A stretch of DNA of 64,000 nucleotides from Candidatus Anderseniibacteriota bacterium (GTDB lineage: Bacteria; Patescibacteriota; Andersenbacteria; UBA10190). The translations under genes and the position numbers were made by a program. The notes under the pieces were generated by a model that was given only the letters and a program-made list of their open reading frames with translations, made no database searches and had not been told where the DNA came from. Positions 56,277-64,000 of this stretch are shown here, piece after piece (within the stretch, counting starts at the first letter, position 1; every line of letters starts with the position of its first letter). Location of the stretch: contig JAIOOW010000003.1 in NCBI GenBank assembly GCA_021414205.1, positions 48-64,047 on the forward strand, given 5' to 3'.

Positions 56277-57454
56277 GCTATAATTCCTTGCTGCTGGTAC
56301 TAGCGGGAATTCTCCCCTTGTATATTGTCCGCTTCTCGATTTTTGGCGTTCCAACAAACGCATTTGAGGTTTCTGTATTATTAGCTCTTTGTATTGGAGT
56401 CTTTTCTATTAACATCAGAAGGAGCTGGGTGTACGCGCTAAAAACGATGCCTCGAGGGATGCAAATTGCCATCGCACTCTTGTTTTTGTCGGCGTGTATC
56501 TCAGCTGCAATTTCTCATGAAATGCGAGTGAGCTTTGGGATTTTAAAGGGCTGGTTTATTGTGCCGATGGTCTTTGGGTTTTTAGTTATGAGCGCAATAA
56601 AATATAACTCCGCCATGAAACCGCGAATACTAGATTCGCTGATGGTATCTGGGGTAGTCGTGTCCGTAATTGGTATGTTGCAAATCGGCTCGATGCCAAG
56701 GATTGCGTCTGTGTATGACGTGCCAAACTCACTGGCATTATTTATAGTTCCTCTAGTAATTATTGCTTTATATAGAGGCGTATTACTCAGAAATCGGGCA
56801 TATCTTGTGTCTGCTGCTATTATAGCTATTGCCATTCTTGCGACGCAATCCGTTGGGGCGATATTTGCGCTTATAGGAACTGGTAGTATCGGCTGGTTTG
56901 CGGGTATTTTGCCAGCGGTTTTCAATTCGAAAGCGCAAAGGTTGAGAGTACGTTTTTTGAGCTGGGTGATAATGGCTGTTATTTTTATCGCTTTTGTATT
57001 GTCGGGTCGGATTCAGTATCTCATCCCCCCGCTTCTTCATCCTGGGGCAACAAATTCCGCAACGGTGCGACTGCAATTATGGGATGTTGGTATTCGCCTT
57101 ATACAAAAGCACTCGATTCTTGGTGTTGGGCTTGGGCAGTTCGAGCCAGCATATCAGGCACAACTTCATCAGCTTTTTACTCAACATGTCCCAGGGTTGC
57201 AGGCAGAATACGTTTTTCGAGATCCGCACAATTGGATTATATCGTTTTGGTTGAACCTCGGTATCTTGGGTTTGGTAAGTTTCGCATATATAAATTACAA
57301 AGCCATTCGTATTTCAATAAAGTCTAAAAACCTAGAAAATAGAGCAATCGCTCTTGCTGGTATTTCTACACTGTTATTTGGGTTAGTTGATACGATCTAC
57401 TGGAAAAACGATCTATCGGTGCTGTGGTGGATGGTAATGGTATTAGCGTTCTGA
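56273..57454 (+). CDS. Second O-antigen ligase/polymerase-family polytopic membrane protein.
   Basis: A multi-TM paralog of the preceding gene (overall architecture plus a QSVGAIFALIGTG segment). ATGA overlap with the upstream gene. Confidence 0.55.
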   Translation: MSYNSLLLVLAGILPLYIVRFSIFGVPTNAFEVSVLLALCIGVFSINIRRSWVYALKTMPRGMQIAIALLFLSACISAAISHEMRVSFGILKGWFIVPMVFGFLVMSAIKYNSAMKPRILDSLMVSGVVVSVIGMLQIGSMPRIASVYDVPNSLALFIVPLVIIALYRGVLLRNRAYLVSAAIIAIAILATQSVGAIFALIGTGSIGWFAGILPAVFNSKAQRLRVRFLSWVIMAVIFIAFVLSGRIQYLIPPLLHPGATNSATVRLQLWDVGIRLIQKHSILGVGLGQFEPAYQAQLHQLFTQHVPGLQAEYVFRDPHNWIISFWLNLGILGLVSFAYINYKAIRISIKSKNLENRAIALAGISTLLFGLVDTIYWKNDLSVLWWMVMVLAF

Positions 57455-57467
57455 TTTGAGGAGATGG

Positions 57468-57821
57468 CTAAGGGTTTTTTTCAAGCGCGCGAACTCGATC
57501 AATTAAATCTTGTAACCTTGCCTCGTCTTTATTTATTTGGTCTTGTAGCTCAGCGGATGCAGTTCCTCCTGGAGGTATCTGGCTTTCTAATGTCGAAATA
57601 TCGTTTGTAATAGCTTGTTCTTGGGATTGGAGGTCCGCAATTTCAGCAGCAGTATCTGTTCCCGAACCCCCAGAACTAGTTGAGGATGTTCCTCCCCCCG
57701 GTGCTCCGCTTCCTACAGGCCCCAAGCTTGGCTCCACTGCATTTTTCCCCAAGAAAGGATTGATGGTGTTAAGCAATACTACGGATATGAATGCAATGAA
57801 TATGCCCAGCAATGCAGACAT
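57468..57821 (-). CDS. Small TM protein with Gly/Ser-rich linker and coiled-coil tail (C-terminal half of a disrupted/recombined paralog).
   Basis: The N-terminal TM MSALLGIFIAFISVVLLNTINPFLGK...GAPGGG is encoded by the 141-bp exact repeat. It is followed by an SSGGSG linker and a coiled coil (EIADLQSQEQAITNDISTLESQI...). Confidence 0.4.
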   Translation of the reverse strand: MSALLGIFIAFISVVLLNTINPFLGKNAVEPSLGPVGSGAPGGGTSSTSSGGSGTDTAAEIADLQSQEQAITNDISTLESQIPPGGTASAELQDQINKDEARLQDLIDRVRALEKNP

Positions 57822-57830
57822 GATCCATTC
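57690..57830. repeat. 141-bp perfect direct repeat, copy B (identical to 58052..58192).
   Basis: Base-by-base identical to 58052..58192 on comparison by eye (cctccccccggtgctccgcttcctacagg...gcagacatgatccattc). It encodes the TM/Gly-rich segment of two paralogous small proteins. Confidence 0.9.
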
Positions 57831-58027
57831 TTTGTATCAAGAAAAGCCCCTACTGGCTGATTCGCGGTAAAGGTTTTTGATCCTGGTAATCCGACTTCGA
57901 AACATCCTAATGCGGATGCTGATGATGGGCAGGGCGCAGATGTTTGTGCGTGCGCGGAATATCCAAAAAGTACCGACAAAAAGAGGCTGGAGGTAGTAAT
58001 AAATTTTTTTATGGTGCTATGGTTCAT
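57779..58027 (-). CDS. Small secreted Cys-containing protein (N-terminal half of a disrupted paralog, possible pseudogene fragment).
   Basis: Signal peptide plus the segment APCPSSASALGCFEVGLPGSKTF, homologous to AQACPSGSTYGCLEVGLPGNSDF in the 58049..58579 gene. Its 3' end reads into the shared repeat out of frame. Confidence 0.3.
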   Translation of the reverse strand: MNHSTIKKFITTSSLFLSVLFGYSAHAQTSAPCPSSASALGCFEVGLPGSKTFTANQPVGAFLDTKNGSCLHCWAYSLHSYP

Positions 58028-58048
58028 GACGCAAGTAAGTATACCGCA

Positions 58049-58579
58049 CTATCCTCCCCCCGGTGCTCCGCTTCCTACAGGCCCCAAGCTTGGCTCCACT
58101 GCATTTTTCCCCAAGAAAGGATTGATGGTGTTAAGCAATACTACGGATATGAATGCAATGAATATGCCCAGCAATGCAGACATGATCCATTCGGTGATAA
58201 CGCCAATGATGACGAGGATTGCGAGGGCGAATTTCACAACGAGGTTAACTAAATCTCTGATAGGGGTGCCGGCATATGCAATTGCGTCAACTTTTGATCC
58301 AGCACTAAAATCGCTATTGCCCGGCAATCCAACCTCAAGACAGCCGTATGTTGATCCGGATGGGCACGCTTGCGCACTAGTAGAGCTAGAACCTGTGTCT
58401 ATAACATCTCCGCCGGGCGCAGGCTTGCCGTTTCCTATTTGCGCCTGAGCGTACATATGTTGATTTCCGAGCAAGAAAAATGTGCTCATTATCACGAATG
58501 CTATTTTCTGTGGTAGCGGCATTAATATTAGTATATCACGCACTACTTTACGTTTTGTAAAGAACCGATGCTTTGGCAC
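58049..58579 (-). CDS. Secreted/TM-anchored small Cys-containing surface protein (intact paralog).
   Basis: Signal peptide (IAFVIMSTFFLLGNQHMYAQA), a Cys-containing domain (CPSGSTYGCLEVGLPG), a hydrophobic helix, then the repeat-encoded TM/Gly-rich segment ending ...GAPGGG. Confidence 0.45.
   Translation of the reverse strand: MPKHRFFTKRKVVRDILILMPLPQKIAFVIMSTFFLLGNQHMYAQAQIGNGKPAPGGDVIDTGSSSTSAQACPSGSTYGCLEVGLPGNSDFSAGSKVDAIAYAGTPIRDLVNLVVKFALAILVIIGVITEWIMSALLGIFIAFISVVLLNTINPFLGKNAVEPSLGPVGSGAPGGG
58052..58192. repeat. 141-bp perfect direct repeat, copy A.
   Basis: Identical to 57690..57830 at an offset of 362 bp. Confidence 0.9.
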
Positions 58580-59046
58580 ATACCCAGCGTTGCTTTATCA
58601 ACTGTCCATCCGGTCCATGTGTCGCAATACCCTTTGAATAGTAAGAAGAATACGATAGTTATCAGAACTGTTCCTAGAAGAATTGCGATTAATGAAGTGA
58701 TAATAATTCCACTGATACCTTTTTTCCCTCCAATGTATCTTCCTAACAGCGCTCCCGCAGCTGTTCCTAGGAATGGAATAACAGATCCAATCCACCCTCC
58801 TGCAAATTCGCCCGCTACCTGTCCCGCCTTCTTATCTGCCATTTTTACGGCTCTATTGCTGGCCATGGATTTTAATAGCGATAGATTTTGCTTGTGAGCA
58901 TATTCTCTATTTGCGGTATCTTGATCCTCTTCGTCGATATTCGTGTTTACTAATTGGGGCTTATAGGATCTTTTTTGTATTTGAGCCTCTATGCGATTGC
59001 GATTTGCGTTTAATTCTGCAAGGCGAGCATGTTCATTGCTTGCCAT
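58543..59046 (-). CDS. Coiled-coil plus C-terminal multi-TM small protein (hypothetical, T4SS-associated).
   Basis: An N-terminal charged coiled coil followed by Gly-rich hydrophobic helices (GGWIGSVIPFLGTAAGALLGRYIGG..IIITSLIAILLGTVLITIVFFLLF). Located directly downstream of the VirB4-like gene. Confidence 0.4.
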   Translation of the reverse strand: MASNEHARLAELNANRNRIEAQIQKRSYKPQLVNTNIDEEDQDTANREYAHKQNLSLLKSMASNRAVKMADKKAGQVAGEFAGGWIGSVIPFLGTAAGALLGRYIGGKKGISGIIITSLIAILLGTVLITIVFFLLFKGYCDTWTGWTVDKATLGMCQSIGSLQNVK

Positions 59047-59049
59047 ATA

Positions 59050-60876
59050 TTACGCATTAGCGCTCAACTCTTTCTTTGCAGCCTCAATGGCAAGGATTTG
59101 TTGCGGATCGGATGTAATAATCTGGTCTTCTGCATAGCTTGCCACAACTTTGATTGCCACGTGCTTGAGCCCCGCAAAGAAAATACCCTCTCCTACGTCG
59201 CTTTCCAGTAACCTGAACTTTTCGTGGTCCGTTAAGTAGAATACTTCAGATAGAGTATCGATTGCTGCCGGAGATTGTCGCAACAAGAGCTGAATAGATG
59301 AATTCGTCACAATCGGCTTGCCGTACTTTGATGCCAAGAAGTCGGAAATGTCTTGCGTAATCGTTGTTACTCCCAAATAGTACTTGCGGGCGCGTTTTGC
59401 CATAGAGAATAAGAATTTCGCAGATTCTTCGTTGCGCATCATGATCCAGGCTTCGTCTACGACGAGGATTCGTCGCTTTAATTGGCTTCGAACACGGTTC
59501 CAAATGAATCCGAGTACTACATACATGGCAATCGGCCGCAATTCTTCTTCCATGTCTCGGATATTAAATACGATGCACGCTTGATCAAGGTCGATATTGG
59601 TTGCTCGGTTAAATACTCCTGCAAATGTACCTTCTACGAAGCGCTGTAAGCGCACCGCAACGTTCTTTCCACCTTCCATTTCTTTCGTAATGTTGTAAAA
59701 ATCTTGCAGAGTTGGTACTTCTGGATTTTTCCAACGCGCACCGCGTGTAATATCTTTTAATGCATACGTTTCCCAAAGACCAGAGTCAACGATGGATTGC
59801 TCCTCTGCAGAAAGTCCATCGACCATCAAGGAAATTAGACCGATTAAGCGCGTAATATTTTCTCGTAAGGCAGATTCCGGATTTTCGTCTTCAGCTAATT
59901 CCGGTAAATCGAACGGATTGATGCGATGATCGGATGCGATAGCGATTTGCAGATACGCTCCCCCTACGGCTTCCGCGAGGTATCTGTATTCTTGCTCAGG
60001 GTCGATGACGATAACTTCGGTACCAAACATCATACTTCTTAATATTTCCAGTTTTACGGTATAGCTTTTCCCGGCACCGGATTTTGCGAAGATGACCATA
60101 TTGGCATTTTCTAGGCTAAACCTGTCGAACAATACCAAGCTGCTGTTATGCAGGTTGATTCCGTACAGCACTCCCGTATTGCTTGTAAGGTCCGAGCTTA
60201 CGAACGGGAAGCTGGTAGAGAGCGGCGACGTGTTCATGTTCGTATTTACGGCCAAGTTATCGTGTCCGAGCGGTAATGTAGAGGTAAACGCCTGCTCCAT
60301 TTGGAATAGCGCCGGCTTTGCGTAGATAAGGCGCCCTTCGAGCAATACCTCAACTTGAGAGAGGATGTCATCCAATTCTTCCTCCGTATTTGCATACACC
60401 GTAATATAGAGGCCGTACTGATAAAAGCGCTCTGTCCCCTGCACTAAGCGGTCTCGGAGCTCTTCAATGTCTTGGTATGCTGTTTCGAGCTGCGGATCGC
60501 GTACCTTTCCTTGCTCCTGCTGCATCGTAATAGATGTAGATACTTGAGTAATGCGCTTTCTAAGCTCTTTTAAGATGGTTGCAGAGTCTTGCGGATAAAT
60601 AAACATTGCAACGTCGAATTCCACGTCAAAATTTACGATAGAGGCAAACCAATTCGTATCTAGGTATCGCGGATAGGTTGTTACGTAGATTGTTGTGGCA
60701 AATTTGCCGTCTATTTCCAACGACTTTGTCTTCACTTTGAATCCTGATGGGGCTATCAGGTCGCGAAGCGATGATACTCCTTTCTCGAATTGATCCATAA
60801 CGGCCTTATCTTCTTTGCTGATCGGGGCAGTTGGTGTACCCGTCTTTTTTTGTGGGAATAGAGAGGGGAATTTCAT
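59050..60876 (-). CDS. VirB4/TrbE/CagE-family type IV secretion ATPase.
   Basis: An N-terminal VirB4-type domain (KSLEIDGKFATTIYVTTYPRYLDTNWFASIV), Walker A IFAKSGAGKSYTVK and Walker B ILVVDEAWIMM (the DEAW motif typical of VirB4/TraC). Confidence 0.75.
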   Translation of the reverse strand: MKFPSLFPQKKTGTPTAPISKEDKAVMDQFEKGVSSLRDLIAPSGFKVKTKSLEIDGKFATTIYVTTYPRYLDTNWFASIVNFDVEFDVAMFIYPQDSATILKELRKRITQVSTSITMQQEQGKVRDPQLETAYQDIEELRDRLVQGTERFYQYGLYITVYANTEEELDDILSQVEVLLEGRLIYAKPALFQMEQAFTSTLPLGHDNLAVNTNMNTSPLSTSFPFVSSDLTSNTGVLYGINLHNSSLVLFDRFSLENANMVIFAKSGAGKSYTVKLEILRSMMFGTEVIVIDPEQEYRYLAEAVGGAYLQIAIASDHRINPFDLPELAEDENPESALRENITRLIGLISLMVDGLSAEEQSIVDSGLWETYALKDITRGARWKNPEVPTLQDFYNITKEMEGGKNVAVRLQRFVEGTFAGVFNRATNIDLDQACIVFNIRDMEEELRPIAMYVVLGFIWNRVRSQLKRRILVVDEAWIMMRNEESAKFLFSMAKRARKYYLGVTTITQDISDFLASKYGKPIVTNSSIQLLLRQSPAAIDTLSEVFYLTDHEKFRLLESDVGEGIFFAGLKHVAIKVVASYAEDQIITSDPQQILAIEAAKKELSANA

Positions 60877-61574
60877 AGAGCGGGTTCCGTTTCTTCTACT
60901 TTTAAATCAGTCACATTGCGCAATTTCTGATTTCGCGATGTTGTTGGGTTGAAGTAGTTGTAAAATAACTCAATTAATTCCTGCGTTTTAAGCGGCACCA
61001 CGCGCAAGCCAATTCCTCGAAGGCCGATTGCGATCTGCTCTACTCGGTGGAGAATCTGTGTCTTATTGTGCTCAAACTCAACGTCGTTCATTTTGAGATT
61101 CCCAGTTGCGCCCTTGGCCCCTTTCGTAATTCTGCCGAATGTCCCCTCTTTCTTGCTCTGGGATACGGAGAATGGAATGGTTACAAAGAACGTTTTGGTC
61201 ATGATATTACTTCCTTTTACGAGTTCTCCGATGAAGTTGATATATTCGGTCATCTGTAAATGCAGTAACTCGTTTTTTTGCAGATCCCTAAGGCGTTTTA
61301 CTTCTTCTAAATAGGCCGTAATATCCATTTTTCGAGAAGAAACGGTGAGCTGGATGGAGAAGTCCAATGAATTAATAAATTCCTGATATGCGTAGATGAT
61401 AGCGTTCTGTTCTTCCTCTGATTTTAATGCGAAATTTACGGAAGAGATCATGAGCACGCTTCGCATTGTTCCGTCGTTCAAAATTAAAATTCCATCTCGA
61501 ATCTCCGAAATTTTAATGAGCGATTGGCTTGCACGCCCTTTGCTCGAAGGATTAAGCATGTCGAAGATTGCCAT
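60873..61574 (-). CDS. Hypothetical T4SS-associated protein.
   Basis: A 233-aa soluble protein whose stop overlaps the VirB4-like start (ATGA). No recognisable motif. Confidence 0.4.
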   Translation of the reverse strand: MAIFDMLNPSSKGRASQSLIKISEIRDGILILNDGTMRSVLMISSVNFALKSEEEQNAIIYAYQEFINSLDFSIQLTVSSRKMDITAYLEEVKRLRDLQKNELLHLQMTEYINFIGELVKGSNIMTKTFFVTIPFSVSQSKKEGTFGRITKGAKGATGNLKMNDVEFEHNKTQILHRVEQIAIGLRGIGLRVVPLKTQELIELFYNYFNPTTSRNQKLRNVTDLKVEETEPAL

Positions 61575-61598
61575 ACGGGTGCATTATACCACAGCCTG

Positions 61599-62042
61599 CT
61601 ATTTGGGTTCTTCGGCTAATGGATCTTCAATATCTTCCGTGCTGACATTTCCTTTTGTATCGAGCGATTGCGCAATTGCATCGAGCGATGAAGATTCCCG
61701 CTCAGCCTTCGCAGTTGTGCGCACGGCGTCCCATTCATCGTCTACAATCTTGAACGGTTCAACCTTTTGTCTGCGCCATACGTATAGCTGGCCTTTTGAT
61801 ATATATGAAAATCCTGCAAGTATGACGGCGCCGAATGATTTGCCGTATATTTTTACATGAGCAAACACTGCTGCAATGCCTAGGACGGGCAGTGCAATCG
61901 TGATAAATAGCGATAAGTCGGAGTAAATATATACTGGCACAAGTAACATGCACGCAACGATGTACATGATGAATTGCTTGAGCGTAAATGGACCGATAAT
62001 CTTGTCCTCGATGTCCGTAAATTGTGGTACTTGAAATCGCAT
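61599..62042 (-). CDS. Small two-TM membrane protein (VirB3/PrgI/TcpE-like candidate).
   Basis: 147 aa with two adjacent TM helices (FIMYIVACMLLVPVYIY / FITIALPVLGIAAVFAHV) and an acidic C-terminus. The size and topology match the small proteins found upstream of VirB4 in Gram-positive T4SS. Confidence 0.4.
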   Translation of the reverse strand: MRFQVPQFTDIEDKIIGPFTLKQFIMYIVACMLLVPVYIYSDLSLFITIALPVLGIAAVFAHVKIYGKSFGAVILAGFSYISKGQLYVWRRQKVEPFKIVDDEWDAVRTTAKAERESSSLDAIAQSLDTKGNVSTEDIEDPLAEEPK

Positions 62043-62045
62043 GGG

Positions 62046-62768
62046 CTATGGTCTACGTGTTGGAGGTAATGGAAACTGTGGCTTCGGCGGAATTGAAGGA
62101 GGTGTAGGCGCCACCCTCGGTAAAGCCGAGGGGCGAGATGGTGTCGTTGGTCGTTGAGATAAATCCACAGTCCTATTCCCCGGCATTAGTTTTTTTTGCA
62201 CTGGCCTTGCCGGCAAATCTTTTTGTTCGGGCCGTGCGTTTAATTCTTTTAAGTCGAGTACATTCTTTGCTCCGCGAAGTCTGGATGGTGTAGTTGGGAT
62301 GGTGTTCACATTAGGTGTTCGATTATTATTTTCAACGTTTTGATTTGGTAATGAATCCAGCTTTTTCTGCGCGGGAGCAGTTGATGGTCCGGATGACTGT
62401 TGTGCCCAAAACGCATCGAGCTCCCCCTGTATCGGGGCAAATAAATCCTGATCGATTTCGGAGGCAAGATTTAGTGCAATATCCATACCTACGCCGGTTT
62501 TTTGGGCAATGAGCGTACTTAAGTCGCTAATATTCTTGTTTCCGATAAATACTTCAAGAATCGAAAGCGCGATTTTGGGCGCATCGTCTGGTGTTATTTT
62601 AGACCCTTTTGTTAACCCCCTGATATATGCTCCAGTATCATCAGAGAAAGCCACGTCTCTAATTTTCTCGGGTGCAGCAATGATTTTACTTAAGTACCCG
62701 GAGCGCCGATCTTCTGGCAGTAATATTACTGAGTTTGCTGGTATTGTTGAGAATAATAATGTGTCCAT
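62046..62768 (-). CDS. Hypothetical protein with a Pro-rich C-terminal tail.
   Basis: 240 aa. The C-terminal third is PxxP-rich (PARPVQKK...PTPPSIPPKPQFPLPPTRRP), suggesting a cell-wall spanning or linker region. Confidence 0.4.
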   Translation of the reverse strand: MDTLLFSTIPANSVILLPEDRRSGYLSKIIAAPEKIRDVAFSDDTGAYIRGLTKGSKITPDDAPKIALSILEVFIGNKNISDLSTLIAQKTGVGMDIALNLASEIDQDLFAPIQGELDAFWAQQSSGPSTAPAQKKLDSLPNQNVENNNRTPNVNTIPTTPSRLRGAKNVLDLKELNARPEQKDLPARPVQKKLMPGNRTVDLSQRPTTPSRPSALPRVAPTPPSIPPKPQFPLPPTRRP

Positions 62769-62777
62769 AGAGAAAAG

Positions 62778-63986
62778 TTATTTTTTGAGATCAGCAACTG
62801 TTTTGGCGATTTTTTCCATAGTCATAGTCTTTTCTTTATCGTTTATGTCCTTAGAGTCAAGTATTGCTGTTTGAAGCTTGGCCATATCTTTTGGTTTTAG
62901 ACTAGCAACGTAGTCTTTATTGCCAGCAATTGCATTACGACGTGATTGGCCACCCTTATTCATAATGAATTCAACGTTTGTATCACCAAGTGCTTTTAAT
63001 ACATGGCCCTTTGAAAGCTCGCTCGGGAGAAGCTCCGCCTTTGTTGTGATGTCGTCGGGCTTCGTAAGCGTGCCTAATGCCTTAATGTCAGCTACTTCCT
63101 TATTCACTTTTGTATTCAGTCCACTTGTTAAGCTATTTCCGAAGCTTGACCCTAGGGTCGACTTACCTTTTAGAAGCTTACCTTCCTTGTCACGCAGATC
63201 GTATCCTAAGCCCTCTCTAATCTTTTTAATCGCGCTATTGCCCTTGAGGTTGTCTTTAGCTGAACCAAGAAAGTCTCCAGCCTGCTGACGCGCTCCCGTA
63301 TACCCCATCTGAGCTAGTCCAGCCCCACCTGCCGCTAGAACACCAGCTCCGACTCCCCCGGTCATTACGCCAACGCCAAGCCCGATTGCCTTCTTCGGGT
63401 TCTTGCGTGCCCATGCGCCTGTTTTATTTGCGAAGCCCATCGCAACATCCGATCCGACTCCTGCCACTCTTTTGCCCGCATAATTTGCGATGAAGAATAG
63501 CGCGATCACTACGATGAAATGCAGCATGGCATTGAATGAAGTTTGCCAAGAAGTGTCGGTAGTTACGTCGCTGGGCAATTCCGGCGAAATATTTTGCACC
63601 TGAATAATAATTAAGAGGAAAAAGAACACGATTGGGCCATATAAAACCCATTTGATAAACATTCCCCACCATGCAGACGCGTATCCAGACGTTTTCGGAA
63701 GGGCAAAGGCAAGGTATGCGAGAGGAGAAACCATGAGGAGCATAATAAGGGCGATATATCGAACGAATAGGTTGATGGCGATGATGCCCATGCCAGCCGT
63801 TAATGCAATCGTAAAGAAACTTTGCTGAATGAGGCGCGACATAATAGCAATAAAATTACTGTTTGTGCCCGGGTCTTGTAACCCGGCCACTTTTTCGTTA
63901 ACAATTTCACTTCTTTCAATTAACTTTGCCGTGAAATTTTTCGCCGTTACTTGCCCTCCACCCATCAAATTTATTTCAACGGCCAT
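62778..63986 (-). CDS. Polytopic membrane protein, VirB6/TrbL-like candidate. The N-terminus may extend beyond the window.
   Basis: At least five TM helices in the N-terminal half with Gly-rich loops (GVGVMTGGVGAGVLAAGGAGLAQMGY) and a hydrophilic C-terminal half. It sits at the head of the VirB4 operon. The reading frame stays open upstream of the Met at 63986 to the window end. Confidence 0.42.
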   Translation of the reverse strand: MAVEINLMGGGQVTAKNFTAKLIERSEIVNEKVAGLQDPGTNSNFIAIMSRLIQQSFFTIALTAGMGIIAINLFVRYIALIMLLMVSPLAYLAFALPKTSGYASAWWGMFIKWVLYGPIVFFFLLIIIQVQNISPELPSDVTTDTSWQTSFNAMLHFIVVIALFFIANYAGKRVAGVGSDVAMGFANKTGAWARKNPKKAIGLGVGVMTGGVGAGVLAAGGAGLAQMGYTGARQQAGDFLGSAKDNLKGNSAIKKIREGLGYDLRDKEGKLLKGKSTLGSSFGNSLTSGLNTKVNKEVADIKALGTLTKPDDITTKAELLPSELSKGHVLKALGDTNVEFIMNKGGQSRRNAIAGNKDYVASLKPKDMAKLQTAILDSKDINDKEKTMTMEKIAKTVADLKK

Positions 63987-64000
63987 AGCTACTCGCGACA

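Noticed and set aside
1-64000. CRISPR arrays, rRNA operons, transposase or integrase genes.
   Set aside because: No short regularly spaced direct repeats, no rRNA-like conserved stretches, and no DDE/tyrosine-recombinase motifs were recognised on either strand. The only exact repeat found is the 141-bp pair at 57.7/58.1 kb.

Overview
This window is a bacterial chromosomal segment containing the replication origin. The dnaA, dnaN and recF genes read leftward and rpmH, rnpA, yidD, yidC and jag read rightward, with consensus DnaA boxes (TTATCCACA / TGTGGATAA) at about 49.1 kb and 47.5 kb. Gene orientation and G/T skew flip at this point.

Most housekeeping genes lack Shine-Dalgarno sequences, gene overlaps of the ATGA type are frequent, and many genes encode secreted or TM-anchored low-complexity proteins (lamin-tail-domain repeats, thrombospondin-type-3 repeats). 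Together with pilB and Gram-positive-type T4SS components, this suggests a small-genome, possibly CPR/Patescibacteria-like organism. That taxonomic call is an inference.

Housekeeping genes recognised from motifs are efp, a sigma-70 factor, truB, rpsT, holA-like, polA, tsaE, ruvB, ruvC, yebC, PBP1A, gmd and a beta-CASP RNase.

Accessory content:
1. A nonulosonic-acid (sialic-acid-like) sugar cluster at about 6.9-13.2 kb. It includes a NeuB-like synthase fused to a xylose-isomerase-like TIM-barrel domain, a NeuA-like cytidylyltransferase and a YhcH-like protein.
2. A two-gene module at 38.6-41.4 kb inserted between ruvC and PBP1A. It pairs a secreted PKD-domain protein carrying a C-terminal 7-TM bundle with a RimK-like ATP-grasp ligase fused to a retropepsin-like (DTGA) domain. 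This is the most unusual system in the window.
3. A TrwB/VirD4-like coupling ATPase with a long N-terminal extension at 24.0-26.5 kb, wedged between polA and holA.
4. A Gram-positive-type T4SS-like cluster at 57.5-64.0 kb with a VirB4 ATPase, a VirB6-like polytopic protein and small membrane proteins. Two paralogous small surface-protein genes in it share a perfectly identical 141-bp direct repeat (gene-conversion signature), and one copy is split across two frames.
5. An envelope polysaccharide cluster at 51.2-57.5 kb with a flippase, three GT2 genes and two O-antigen-ligase-like genes.

No rRNA genes, tRNA genes or CRISPR arrays were detected.
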